The translations under genes were made by a program, and so were the position numbers. The notes beneath the pieces are model-generated. The model did not search any database, was not told where the DNA came from, and worked only from the letters and a program-made list of their open reading frames with translations. Positions 18,456 through 28,595 of a stretch of DNA of 64,000 nt are shown here, piece by piece. This DNA is from an uncultured delta proteobacterium (GTDB lineage: Bacteria; Desulfobacterota; Binatia; Binatales; Binataceae), in assembly GCA_963724765.1 (NCBI GenBank), contig CAVRVY010000003.1:1312001-1376000 (forward strand), given 5' to 3'. Position 1 is the stretch's first letter. Every line of letters starts with the position of its first letter.

Positions 18456-19651
18456 CTTGAGACCGCGATCTCGCGGTAGAGCGTCGCACAACGGTCGGCG
18501 TATGCGCTCCACGAGAAGTGCGAAGCCTGGCGGATCGCCTCGGCGCGCCGCTCGGCCCATCGTTCGGGATTCCCGGCCCGCTCGCGCAGCATCGCGCAGA
18601 GCGCGATGCTCCATGTCGGCACGTCGGCCATCGCGCAGTAGACGGCGGCTTCGGCGCCGACTTCGCGCAGCACGGGGATGTCGCTGGCGAGCACCGGCGT
18701 AGCGCAGGCCATCGCCTCGATCAGCGGAAGTCCGAAGCCTTCAGCCTCCGACGGCATCAGCACCAGCGCCGCGCGGCGATAGAGCGCGGCCAGCACAGCG
18801 GGCTCCAGAAACGGCATCGTGACGATCGAATCCTCCAGGTCCAGCGCCTGCGCAAGACTTTGTTGATCGGCAGTGAGCGCGCCGCCCGCCTTGACCAGGC
18901 GCAGGTTTGGAAATTGTGCGCGCGCGGCTGCAACGACGCGCAACAGCACGTCGATTCGCTTGCGCGCGATGGTGCTGCCGACGTGAAGAATCTCGGCTAC
19001 GCCGGGGCTGTCGGGGCCGAGCAGACGCGCGGCCGCGGCGTCGGCGGCCTCATCGGGGCGTGGCGAACAGGCCGGATGCACGCCGTTGGGAATTACCACG
19101 AGGCGGCCGGGCGAAACCAGCGCGGCGGCGGCGAGCGCGTCGCGCGTGGCGAAGCTGTCACAGCATACGCGCACCGCCTTGCGCATACCGGCGAGCGTCC
19201 GCCGCGCCATCATGCGAAACGGCAGCGAACGGCGCTCGGCGCCGGAAGCGAGCAGGCAACAGAACGCGTCCAGGTCATGGCAGGTCACGACGGTGCGCGA
19301 ACCCTCAAGCTCGTGCACGACATGCGCGTAGCTGTGGTCCACGATGTGGAAGAGGTCGAAGCCGCCGCGCAAGCGCCGCAACGCGCGCGGGTAATCGAAA
19401 AAACGGTTGAGCGCGCGGTCCGCCTTGAAACCTATCGAGTTGAGGCGAGCGGGGTTGAAGCGCGTGTGCGCGCCGCGTCCGACGGTGGCCCGGCTTAGGC
19501 GGCGCACGAAAGCCGGCTGGATGCGCGTGACCTCGAGCGCGGCCGAATGGCGCGCCTTGAGTTCCGCGCAGAGCATCTCACCGACCAGGTCCATACTGGG
19601 CCAGCCCTCTTCGGAGTAATCGCAGACCACGGCTAGGCGCAGACGCTGCAT
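18452..19651 (-). CDS. Glycosyltransferase family 4
   Basis: EGWPSMD, GSTIARKR, EGFGLPLIEAMAC. Confidence 0.9.
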   Translation of the reverse strand: MQRLRLAVVCDYSEEGWPSMDLVGEMLCAELKARHSAALEVTRIQPAFVRRLSRATVGRGAHTRFNPARLNSIGFKADRALNRFFDYPRALRRLRGGFDLFHIVDHSYAHVVHELEGSRTVVTCHDLDAFCCLLASGAERRSLPFRMMARRTLAGMRKAVRVCCDSFATRDALAAAALVSPGRLVVIPNGVHPACSPRPDEAADAAAARLLGPDSPGVAEILHVGSTIARKRIDVLLRVVAAARAQFPNLRLVKAGGALTADQQSLAQALDLEDSIVTMPFLEPAVLAALYRRAALVLMPSEAEGFGLPLIEAMACATPVLASDIPVLREVGAEAAVYCAMADVPTWSIALCAMLRERAGNPERWAERRAEAIRQASHFSWSAYADRCATLYREIAVSR

Positions 19652-19657
19652 AGTGGT

Positions 19658-20806
19658 TCAGGCGGCGAGCATCTCGTTGAAGAATTCAAGATGGCGGCGT
19701 GCGACCACCGGCCATGAGTAAATCGACCGCGCGCGATCGCGGCCGCGAGCCGCGAGTTCGGCGCGGCGCGCCGGGCTCTCGAGCAGATCGACCAGCGCGC
19801 GGCGCCATCCCGTCTCGTCGCGCTCACCGACGATCACACCGGCGTCGCCGACGACGTAGGGAATTTCGCCGCTGTCGCTGGCGAGCACCGGCACGCCGCA
19901 GGCGAAAGCCTCGATCAGCATGCGTCCGAACTGCTCGCGCCATCGCGCCGTGGTCTGACTGGGCGCGAGCAGCAGGTCCATCGCATTTAGGTATTCGGGC
20001 ACGCGGTCATGGGGAACGCCGCCGGCAATCCGCACCCGGTCGCCATGTCGGGACGCCCACGCCTTGAGCGACGCTTCGAGCGGCCCGCCGCCGACGAAGA
20101 GCGCGCGCCACGGTGACGAGGTTTCGTCGAGCACGCGCATCATCACCTCCAGCCCCTTGGCTTCGATGAAGCGTCCGAGAAATCCGACCACTGGCGGCCC
20201 TTCATCGTTCCATCCGAGCCGCGCGCGCGTGGCACGGCCGCTCTCCGCATCAGGACGAAACAGTTCCACGTCCACCCCGAGCGGCATGACGCGATGCGGA
20301 CGGCAGCTCCAGCAGCGCTCGAGCTGCGTTTGGGCAACTGTCTCGCCGCTCGCAAGCCATCCGGCCGAGCGCTCCGCGCACATCCGCTCGATCGAGGAGA
20401 AAGGCGGTACATAACTCTTCGCGATATTCTGAAAGGTATAGAAAACCAGCTTCGATACGGCCGGGGAGAACAGGGCGACCTGGCCGCCGGCGATTGCATA
20501 GGGTTCCTCCCAGCAATGCACGAGGTCCCAGCGCTCGCGCATCACGGTGCGCAAACCGCGACCGTAAAAGAAGAGTTGCGCGATGCGGCTTAGATGGACG
20601 TCGACGGCGGCCACGCGGCAGAGCTCGCCCGGCTGCGGCTCGAGCGGGATGGGACGCAAGTCGCCGTGAAAAAAACGCGGTGCGACCGCGGTGACTTGCC
20701 ATTGCTCGCCGCCCGCGCGCGCTATCTCATGGGCGAGGCGGCGATTGAGCGCGACGCAGTACGAATGCGCGATCGTAAGCAGGCGGCGTGGATGCTGGGG
20801 CGCCAT
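19658..20806 (-). CDS. Glycosyltransferase family 4 (HpsO-like)
   Basis: HSYCVALNR, WREQFGRMLIEAFACG. Confidence 0.88.
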   Translation of the reverse strand: MAPQHPRRLLTIAHSYCVALNRRLAHEIARAGGEQWQVTAVAPRFFHGDLRPIPLEPQPGELCRVAAVDVHLSRIAQLFFYGRGLRTVMRERWDLVHCWEEPYAIAGGQVALFSPAVSKLVFYTFQNIAKSYVPPFSSIERMCAERSAGWLASGETVAQTQLERCWSCRPHRVMPLGVDVELFRPDAESGRATRARLGWNDEGPPVVGFLGRFIEAKGLEVMMRVLDETSSPWRALFVGGGPLEASLKAWASRHGDRVRIAGGVPHDRVPEYLNAMDLLLAPSQTTARWREQFGRMLIEAFACGVPVLASDSGEIPYVVGDAGVIVGERDETGWRRALVDLLESPARRAELAARGRDRARSIYSWPVVARRHLEFFNEMLAA

Positions 20807-20822
20807 GATGGGGATCGCGCGC

Positions 20823-22082
20823 TTAAGAAGTCGGCGCCAATGCGGCCGCGTCCGCGTTAACGCCGATGACTGCTGCAAAGATCGCGAGCAGAGCATCGAC
20901 GTGTGCGTCGAGATTGAACCGGTTGGACAATTCCCGCGCGCCGTTGCTCAGCCGCGCGAGTTCGGCCGGATCGCGCACGCATTCGATAATCGCCCGCGCC
21001 AGCCCTGCAGCGCTCGGCGGGTCGCCCGACGCAAGATGGCCGTTAATCCCGTCGCTCAGCCACTCCGGAATTCCACCCACGGCAAACGCAGCGGCCGGGA
21101 GGCCGCAAAGTCCCGCTTCCGGACCCACCAAGCCAAATGGCTCCGGCCATGTGCTCGGCATGACCAGCAGATCGGAGTCGCGCATGAGCTGGTCGAGGCT
21201 GACGGAATTCAACCAGCCGCTAAATTCGAGATTGAGGTTGGTATTCGCTGCCTGTACCCGCCGCGATTTCCGCTCCCATTGCATGCGCGCGGGGCCGTCG
21301 CCGACGAAGGTTGCTTTGAGTGGCCGTCCGAGCGAAGCCGCGGCCAGCGCCAGGGCGTCGAGCATGATCGGCCCGCCCTTAAGCCGGGTCATCCGGCCAA
21401 CGAAGAGCAGCCGAAGCTCACGATTTTTCGCCGGCGTCGCCTGTGCAGTCTCCGTGTCGAGGGGTCGTGGAAACCGCGCAGGAGCGAGCGGCAGCCGCAG
21501 TGCGTGCACGCGCTGCGGTGGGAGGCCTTGGCGCACGAATTCGGCGCGCATGTGAGCGGAGGCGGTCAGGATCGCGGCGTAGCGATCCAGCAGAGCAAGG
21601 CGGGCGCTCTGTTTCTGATAGTCGTCCCACATTCGCAGCGGATTCAGGCCGCCGCATCGATGGGGATAGTACTGGATGAAGCATCGCCATCCGAAACGCC
21701 GCGCGCACGGCCGCGGCCGCGGCGCGGAGAACATCTTGTTGCCGCTGATGCAGGTGCCGTAATAGGCGTGAGCGAACAGCACCGCCGGCGCGCATTCGAC
21801 AATTCGCGCCGCGGCCGCAAGGTCATTCATGCTGTTCACGTAGATGACGTTGGGGCGCCAACTTTCAAGTGCGGCGAGCGCCCGCGGTATTCCGATTTCG
21901 GACGCGCACCAGACTGGCGCACTCGCGGGCACGCGGATTCGCTGCAGGCTGGGTGCAGAGTGCAGCTCCGAGAAAAAAGCGATCTGATGGCCGGCGGCGG
22001 CGAGCACAGGAATCACCGTGTCGAGATAGGCTTCGGCGCCGCCGACGCGTGTGTGATGCGAGTTCACTACCGCGATTCTCAT
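20823..22082 (-). CDS. Glycosyltransferase family 4
   Basis: GGAEAYL, FVGRMTRLKG, WPEPFGLVGPEA; Cys-containing insert. Confidence 0.88.
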   Translation of the reverse strand: MRIAVVNSHHTRVGGAEAYLDTVIPVLAAAGHQIAFFSELHSAPSLQRIRVPASAPVWCASEIGIPRALAALESWRPNVIYVNSMNDLAAAARIVECAPAVLFAHAYYGTCISGNKMFSAPRPRPCARRFGWRCFIQYYPHRCGGLNPLRMWDDYQKQSARLALLDRYAAILTASAHMRAEFVRQGLPPQRVHALRLPLAPARFPRPLDTETAQATPAKNRELRLLFVGRMTRLKGGPIMLDALALAAASLGRPLKATFVGDGPARMQWERKSRRVQAANTNLNLEFSGWLNSVSLDQLMRDSDLLVMPSTWPEPFGLVGPEAGLCGLPAAAFAVGGIPEWLSDGINGHLASGDPPSAAGLARAIIECVRDPAELARLSNGARELSNRFNLDAHVDALLAIFAAVIGVNADAAALAPTS

Positions 22083-22261
22083 GGACGCTCCGCGCGGCCC
22101 ATAGAACCTACCACCATCGGTGTACGCGGCGCAGCGTCCGCAGCATCCCGGCGCCAAGCGCGCCTGGCATGCTCGATACTGGCGACCGCGCTCCGCACAA
22201 ACGCGGGCCGGTTATATGTCGCGATCACCACGCTGACCAACGGAGCGCTGGCGGCGGACAT
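22079..22261 (-). pseudogene. Internally deleted GT2 relic
   Basis: 60 aa starting MSAASAPLVSVVIATYNRPAFVRSAVASI (GT2 N-terminus) with no DxD region; start and stop overlap both neighbours. Confidence 0.7.
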
Positions 22262-23430
22262 CAGCAATCCTCGCGCAGGGCCGCGATAGTATGCGCGATG
22301 TCCAAGCGCGCCGCGTAAAGCGCACCGGCCGCGGCTCCCAGCCGCGCCCGTTCCCCAGCATCGTGCATCAGGTGCGAGAGCGCTGCGCCCATAGCCGCGA
22401 CGTCGCCGGTGTCCACCAGAGCCACCGCGCCGCTTTGCCTCCACAACGGCTCGGTGAAAAGACCGAAGGTGGTTATCACGGCGCGGCCATGAGCGAGCGC
22501 CGCCATCAGGCTGGTGCGGCGCGTGCTGACGCCATCGGCGTAGGGCTGCAGCATCAGGTCGCAGGCGGCGAGATAACGCGAGACGTCAGCGGGCGCGAGC
22601 GGACCCGTGGCGTATACGCGCGTCTGCAGTTCGGGAGCATGGGCCAGCAGATGGCCTCGCAAAGCGGGGCTGTCGCGGCCCACCAGCAAAAAAACCGCGT
22701 CGGGGCGTTCACGCAGCAGCGGCGGCACGACGGCCGCGAGTTGCTCCGCGATCCAGGTTTCGCGCGCCGTGCCGAAATGGCCAAGGATCACTCCGCCTTC
22801 GACCATCAGCGTTTTGCGGACGGCGCGTAGTCCCGCCGGGTCATCGACAACCGGCACGTTGCTGGGCACCGGCAGCCACGAAATCGCAGCTTCCGCCGGC
22901 GCGAGCGCGCGCAACCGCGGCTCCCATGCCGCGGCGCCAACAAAGCATCGGCGGGCCGCGTGCGTGAGCGCGAAGGCCATCGCGTGGTTGACCGCGCCGA
23001 TGGCGTTGTGGCGCATCGACTGTCGCCATCCGAGCGCCACCGCAACCTCGTGAAACATGATCGTGATGCCGGCGCGGCGGCGCGCGAAGAGCCACAGGCA
23101 AAACGGCAGGTTCATCCCCCGCATGCCAAATCCCTGCGGAACGAACTGCACCAGTATTTTTCCTGTGCCGACGGCGTCGAGTTCGCGGCCGAGCGCAGCG
23201 AGCATGCGCGGTCCGAAACGGCCGGGCAGGCGATGGACCTCGACGCCGGCTTCCGCCGGCTGGGCCCCCATCACTGCGGGCGCCCAAACGTGAACGCGGT
23301 CGCCATGCGCGGCAAGTCCGAGCGCCACCAGCCGCGTGTAATCCGCGACGCCACCCTGCTGAGGCGGATACTCGCAGGTGATGATGTGCCAAACTGCCAT
23401 GGGATCAACTGATCGCCACGCCGAACTCAT
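22261..23430 (-). CDS. Glycosyltransferase family 4
   Basis: EYPPQQGGVADYT, PVPSN, DGVSTRRTSLMAALAHG. Confidence 0.85.
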   Translation of the reverse strand: MSSAWRSVDPMAVWHIITCEYPPQQGGVADYTRLVALGLAAHGDRVHVWAPAVMGAQPAEAGVEVHRLPGRFGPRMLAALGRELDAVGTGKILVQFVPQGFGMRGMNLPFCLWLFARRRAGITIMFHEVAVALGWRQSMRHNAIGAVNHAMAFALTHAARRCFVGAAAWEPRLRALAPAEAAISWLPVPSNVPVVDDPAGLRAVRKTLMVEGGVILGHFGTARETWIAEQLAAVVPPLLRERPDAVFLLVGRDSPALRGHLLAHAPELQTRVYATGPLAPADVSRYLAACDLMLQPYADGVSTRRTSLMAALAHGRAVITTFGLFTEPLWRQSGAVALVDTGDVAAMGAALSHLMHDAGERARLGAAAGALYAARLDIAHTIAALREDC

Positions 23431-24269
23431 TCGCAAAGCAGGCGAACGACGCCGCGCTCGGTCAGCGGGTCTCGTTGACCGGTAAGCGGTATAGGGCGAA
23501 GTCTCAGTTCCGCCAACAACGCATCGACGTCCGCGCGCGGCGTCGCCGCGCTGTCCCAGAGGTCGGGATGCATTTCCACGATCAGGTCAAGAGTGCCGCG
23601 TCGTTTGGCTATGAGGCGTCGCGCGCCTTTGAGCGCGGCGACCTCGAAGCCCTCGATGTCAATCAATATGCAGTCGGGCATCAGGCCAGGACGCGCGTCG
23701 CAGAAATCATCCAATGAGATCATTGGGACAGTGATGGCGCGGAAGGCGTCCGCGAGGCTGCGGTCGGGAGATCCCAGCCGGCTGACCCCGTCCAGACCCT
23801 GCCGCTCTTGCGCGGGCAGGTAAAGCGTGGCCTGGCCTGATTTGTCCGCTACCGCTGCCGCAATGATCTCGATACGGCCGGAGAGATCGTTGACCGTTAC
23901 CTGGCGCTCGAGCACGGCGTGCGGCCCGGGGTTAGGTTCGAAGGCCAGCACACGTCCGCAAGGGCGCGTCCAATATGCGAACTGAAGTACATAGTAACCG
24001 ACGTTGGCTCCCACGTCGAAACAGATCTGGCCGGGCTTGACCATTGCGCGCAAGTACGCGGCGACCGCGGGTTCGTAATCCAAGTTGGCCGGATAGTGCT
24101 GCCGGCAGCGCGGATCGCGCCGGAGCTCGATTCCATTTATGGTGCAAGGGATACCGTGTCCGCCGCCGGACCAGCTCAGAAATGTTTCGTAGGCCGGACG
24201 CAGTTGGCGCACCAGCAATGATTCGCGGCCGAACATCCCCGACACTTTGCTGGCTATTTTCTCAAGCAT
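23427..24269 (-). CDS. FkbM family methyltransferase
   Basis: DVGANVG, FEPNP, IDIEGFE, VEMHP. Confidence 0.9.
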   Translation of the reverse strand: MLEKIASKVSGMFGRESLLVRQLRPAYETFLSWSGGGHGIPCTINGIELRRDPRCRQHYPANLDYEPAVAAYLRAMVKPGQICFDVGANVGYYVLQFAYWTRPCGRVLAFEPNPGPHAVLERQVTVNDLSGRIEIIAAAVADKSGQATLYLPAQERQGLDGVSRLGSPDRSLADAFRAITVPMISLDDFCDARPGLMPDCILIDIEGFEVAALKGARRLIAKRRGTLDLIVEMHPDLWDSAATPRADVDALLAELRLRPIPLTGQRDPLTERGVVRLLCE

Positions 24270-24337
24270 GCGTCACCTCCGACGCGCAGCGCCTCCCATC
24301 AATGTGGCTTTTCTCACCGTCAGGGGTCGTCAATCGC

Positions 24338-25474
24338 TTAGCAGCGTGGGATTTGTCCCGCATAGATTGCGAGGCAGCGGCGGACAACCTCAGGCCAGGT
24401 AAAGCGCTCGAGCACGCGGCGGCGTGCCGCGGCGCCCATCGCGGCCGCCGCCTCCGGATGTTCATACAGCCAGCGCATCCGCTCCGCCAGCGCGCGTGAG
24501 TCGTTGGGCGGCACAACGAAGCCGCTGACCCCGTCCTCGACCACCTCAGGCATGCTCGCGACGGCGGTGCAGATCGCCGGCAAGCCGCACGCCATCCCTT
24601 CGAGCAGAGTTTGCCCGAGCAGTTCCGGCGCCGCGGTTTCGTCGCCGTAGACCGTGCGGTAGACGCTCGGCAAGACCACGCATAGTGCTCCCCGGTAATG
24701 CTCGAGCAATGCGGCATCATCGCAGTCCTGATCGAACTCGACGCATTTACCAGCCGAAAGGGTTTGCAGGGCCGCGAAGTAACCCGGATCGTGGGCTTGC
24801 CCGACCACCTTCAGGCGCATTCCGTCCGGCAGCGCCTCGATGAGATAGTTGACGCCCTTGTGCGGCAGCAACCGCCCCACAAACAGCACCGCGCCGTTGT
24901 GCCGCGCCGCCGGCGCCGGCGAAAATTTCTCGCTGTCGACTCCACCCATGATTACGTGCGCCCACGGTTTGCCGCGATGGCCCGCGAGGGTGCGACTGTA
25001 TTCGCTGATATGCAAGTGACCGTTGAACCAGGCATCGGTCGAGAGATAGGCGGAGATATCCCAGCCGCCACCGCCGAGGTCGCTGACGAAGACGCGCCGG
25101 CGGCTCAGGCGGCCGAAGACAGCGGCCAGACTGCTGGCCAGGATATGCTGCTGATGGCAGTGAATCACGTCGGCCGCTCGCAATTCGGAGAACATCGACC
25201 ACTTGAGCGGGTTGAAGCGCTGACCGCGCACGTACCAGGGATGGCCGAGGATGCGGATTTTGAGCGGCCCCATCGTCTCGTTCCGTGCGCGCTCGCCGAA
25301 GCTCAGCAACGTGGTCGGGACGGCTTGCGCCATGTGGCGCGCCAACTCGAGCGCGTAACGCTCAGCGCCTCCGGCAACACCGTCCGCACCGAACATCGCG
25401 GGCACTAGATGGACGACGCTCGGCGACGCACGGCGGTCGAGCGGCAGGCTCTCTGGATGAAGTGACCCCGACAT
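24338..25474 (-). CDS. Glycosyltransferase family 4
   Basis: GGAERY, VGRLLPHKG, ELLGQTLLEGMACG. Confidence 0.88.
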   Translation of the reverse strand: MSGSLHPESLPLDRRASPSVVHLVPAMFGADGVAGGAERYALELARHMAQAVPTTLLSFGERARNETMGPLKIRILGHPWYVRGQRFNPLKWSMFSELRAADVIHCHQQHILASSLAAVFGRLSRRRVFVSDLGGGGWDISAYLSTDAWFNGHLHISEYSRTLAGHRGKPWAHVIMGGVDSEKFSPAPAARHNGAVLFVGRLLPHKGVNYLIEALPDGMRLKVVGQAHDPGYFAALQTLSAGKCVEFDQDCDDAALLEHYRGALCVVLPSVYRTVYGDETAAPELLGQTLLEGMACGLPAICTAVASMPEVVEDGVSGFVVPPNDSRALAERMRWLYEHPEAAAAMGAAARRRVLERFTWPEVVRRCLAIYAGQIPRC

Positions 25475-25482
25475 CGTTGAGT

Positions 25483-26046
25483 CTATTTGAGCACCTCGAG
25501 TTCGAAGCTCAAGAACCAGGCCGGGAACATCCACGCCCAACGCCGTTCGTAGGCTTGAGGGTAGCGGTTGGCGATGCGCCAAATCAGCTTATTGACGAGC
25601 GTGGGGTAAAAAATAATTTCTGTCTGGCGGCGCCTAAACCGTTTCTCACTGTAAAAATCGAAGTCATGTTCTCCGGTGAAGTAGTCAAAGCTGAAATAGC
25701 TCAGGTGATGCAAATGAGTAGGATCAGTAAAAGAGTTCGATGACGAAAAATGCGGTGTCGTGATGCGTACGACGGCGCCGTTCACGCACACACGATGAAT
25801 CTCCTCCATGGTGGCCACGATGTCTTTGAGGTGCTCGAGGCTGTCGCCCAGCAGTACCGTTTCGAACTGACTATCCGGCAGCGGCCATGGAATCGAATTC
25901 AGATCGTGAACGACGTCGGCGCCGGTGGAGGCGCGGAGATCGAGGTTGAGCGCATCGGGCAGGCGCTTAAGTCCGCAGCCGAGGTTGAGCACCTTGAGAT
26001 CGGCCGATTGCGCTGACTTCGAGCCGCTCGGATGAAGTTGCTTCAT
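25483..26046 (-). CDS. Class I SAM-dependent methyltransferase
   Basis: LNLGCG, SLEHL, EIHRV, DPTH. Confidence 0.85.
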   Translation of the reverse strand: MKQLHPSGSKSAQSADLKVLNLGCGLKRLPDALNLDLRASTGADVVHDLNSIPWPLPDSQFETVLLGDSLEHLKDIVATMEEIHRVCVNGAVVRITTPHFSSSNSFTDPTHLHHLSYFSFDYFTGEHDFDFYSEKRFRRRQTEIIFYPTLVNKLIWRIANRYPQAYERRWAWMFPAWFLSFELEVLK

Positions 26047-26066
26047 TCGCCAGTGATCCCTGTTGA

Positions 26067-27272
26067 CTAGGCAGGCTGTCGCGCCGCCGTACCCTCGCCG
26101 GACAGCTCGCGGCGATCGAGCGCGGTGCAATAGCTCGCGTAGGTCAGCCGCGCCATCCGCTCTATGGTAAAGACCGCGGCTCGCTCGCGTGCCGCCGCGC
26201 CAAGCTGTGCCCGCCGCTCGGGCGCATCCAACAGCGCGGAGATGGTTGCGGCAAGCGCATCGGGGTCGGCAGTTTCAACCAGGGCGCCGGCCTCTCCCAC
26301 TATCTCGGCCATCGCGGAAGCATTGCGTACCACCACGCATCCGCCCGCCGCCATCGCCTCGAGCACTGGCAACCCGAAACCTTCGTACAGCGAGGGAAAG
26401 ACAAACGCGGTGGTATGGCCATAGAGCCACGCCAGATCCGTATCATCGAGCGGCCCAAGAAGATGAACCGCGTCGCGCAGCCCGAGATCGTCGACGCTCC
26501 GATCGAATTGTTGCTCACGCGCGGTGTCGACCGCGGCGCGCCCGAAAAGCAGAAGCCGCAGGTTTGGGTGCCGCTGGCGTAGGATGGCGACCGCCTTGAG
26601 CAACGCCGCCAGGTTCTTGCGCGGTTCCAGGTTGTATGGCGAGAGCAAAGTTTTGCCCGAGCGCAGTTCGCCGAAGCGCGCCCGGCGGTCGCGATTTTCG
26701 CCATGCAGGATTGCGGACCTGACAAACGGACTCCCTAGAGGAACCACGTCGATCCTGGAGCGTTGGAGCCCCCACAGACGGCACAGGTCGTCAGCGGTGG
26801 TGGCCGAGATCGAAATTACGCGTCGCGCGCGATGCCTGACGGCCCAGCGATCCATCCGATAGGGCCGTGTGCTGACAGCCTGAGCGTATTCTGGAAAGAG
26901 TTCGAACATCAGGTCGTAAAGCGTAACCACCAACGGACACGAGATGAGCACCGGGACCGGGCTGTGCAACACGTGAAGCAGGTCCACTCTTTCGCGCATC
27001 GCGGTCCACGTAAGGCCGAGTTGAGTTCGATAATAGGAGCCACGCCCATCGTGTCGCACGACCTGCCGATACCTCCAGGCGGGGCTCTCGAATACACCGC
27101 GCAGATCGTCGACTGGAGCGGGACGGGAGCCGAGCAGCACAAAGTTCGCGTCCGGCCGCATTCCGGCCAATCCGCGCACCAGGTCGATCGCATACCTGTA
27201 CTGGCCGCCAAACGGACTCAAGTGGTCGAGACCGGAGAAGTCGATGGCGATGCGGGTCTGGCCCATCGTCAT
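26067..27272 (-). CDS. Glycosyltransferase family 4
   Basis: EPRKNL, FPSLYEGFGLPVLEAMAAG. Confidence 0.9.
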   Translation of the reverse strand: MTMGQTRIAIDFSGLDHLSPFGGQYRYAIDLVRGLAGMRPDANFVLLGSRPAPVDDLRGVFESPAWRYRQVVRHDGRGSYYRTQLGLTWTAMRERVDLLHVLHSPVPVLISCPLVVTLYDLMFELFPEYAQAVSTRPYRMDRWAVRHRARRVISISATTADDLCRLWGLQRSRIDVVPLGSPFVRSAILHGENRDRRARFGELRSGKTLLSPYNLEPRKNLAALLKAVAILRQRHPNLRLLLFGRAAVDTAREQQFDRSVDDLGLRDAVHLLGPLDDTDLAWLYGHTTAFVFPSLYEGFGLPVLEAMAAGGCVVVRNASAMAEIVGEAGALVETADPDALAATISALLDAPERRAQLGAAARERAAVFTIERMARLTYASYCTALDRRELSGEGTAARQPA

Positions 27273-28585
27273 GCTTTGTCAGCAAAGCTCCACTTCGCCT
27301 GCCAGAAGATCGAGCCGTCGCCGGGACGCGGTAGCATCCCCGTGCCCAGGAGGTCGGCTGGCACCACCTCGAGCGAGATGGCGTCGCGGATAATGTCGAG
27401 GTCGCGCGACGGATCGCCGAAGTCGCCGAAGTACAGGTCGAGCAGATAAGTTCCCGGCATCAGCGGCAGCCGCTCGAACGCGCAGGTCACCGTTCCGGTT
27501 GGCATTGGCTGATGGTCCACGCCCTCGTTCGTCCACCTGTTGCTGACGCCAAACAGTGGAATTCCCTCGGCGGTCTTCAAGGTGATTCCCAGGATGGGCC
27601 GGATGGGATGCGGCGCGCTGAAGTCGACCGTCGCCTGGAATGGCGCGCCCATCCGCACGACACCGGTCGGCCCATTGCCCTCAGAGAGCAAGCGCACCGC
27701 CGTCGCCATCGGTATCGAATCTCCGCGGCGGCCCTGATGTTCGACTAGCGAGCGGACGCCGCTGTGGCTGCTCACCTCGGCGGCCATGTAGCGCATCACG
27801 ATCTGCGCGGGTTCGCCCTTGGCTTCGAGACGACCGGAGGTAATCAGCACACAGGAATTGCACAGCGACTCGACCGAGGCCATGTTGTGGCTGACGAAGA
27901 TTATCGTGCGCCCGGCGCGTGCGACGTCGCCCATCTTGCCCAGGCACTTTTTCTGGAAAGCGGCGTCGCCCACCGCCAGCACTTCGTCGACCAGCAGGAT
28001 CTCGGGTTCGAGATGGGCGGCGACAGAGAAGCCCAGGCGCACGTGCATGCCGCTGGAGTAGTGCTTGACGGGAGTGTCGACGAACTTCTCGACTTCGGCG
28101 AAGGTCACGATCTCGTCGAACTTGCGCTGGATCTCGGCGCGCCGCATGCCGAGGATCGCGCCGCTCAGATAGATATTCTCGCGTCCGGTCAGCTCGAAAT
28201 GAAAGCCGGTGCCGACTTCGAGCAGACTGCCGATGCGCCCGTAAATCTCGGCCCGCCCGGAGGTCGGTTCAGTGATGCGCGAGAGCAGCTTGAGCAGGGT
28301 CGACTTGCCGGCGCCGTTGCGTCCGATAAGGCCGAGCACCTCGCCCGGCATCACATCGAAGTTTACGTCGCGCAGCGCCCAAACGTGGCGCTCGCCGTCG
28401 TGCTCACCGCCGTCGTGCGCCCGGCCGCCGAGCATCGCGCGCGCAATCCGCGCCGGCGCGGTGACCGAACGCACGATGCTCTCGCGCAGTGTGCGATAGG
28501 GCTCGACCCGCCCGATACGGTAGCGCTTGGAGAGGTTGCGAACGCGGATTATCGGCTGCATCGCATCGGTCTCGGCCAAAGTCAC
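27269..28585 (-). CDS. wzt: Polysaccharide ABC transporter ATPase with C-terminal Wzt-C domain
   Basis: GRNGAGKST, YSSGM, DEVLAVGDAAFQKKC, C-terminal extension. Confidence 0.92.
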   Translation of the reverse strand: MTLAETDAMQPIIRVRNLSKRYRIGRVEPYRTLRESIVRSVTAPARIARAMLGGRAHDGGEHDGERHVWALRDVNFDVMPGEVLGLIGRNGAGKSTLLKLLSRITEPTSGRAEIYGRIGSLLEVGTGFHFELTGRENIYLSGAILGMRRAEIQRKFDEIVTFAEVEKFVDTPVKHYSSGMHVRLGFSVAAHLEPEILLVDEVLAVGDAAFQKKCLGKMGDVARAGRTIIFVSHNMASVESLCNSCVLITSGRLEAKGEPAQIVMRYMAAEVSSHSGVRSLVEHQGRRGDSIPMATAVRLLSEGNGPTGVVRMGAPFQATVDFSAPHPIRPILGITLKTAEGIPLFGVSNRWTNEGVDHQPMPTGTVTCAFERLPLMPGTYLLDLYFGDFGDPSRDLDIIRDAISLEVVPADLLGTGMLPRPGDGSIFWQAKWSFADKA

Positions 28586-28595
28586 CCGGCCAACG

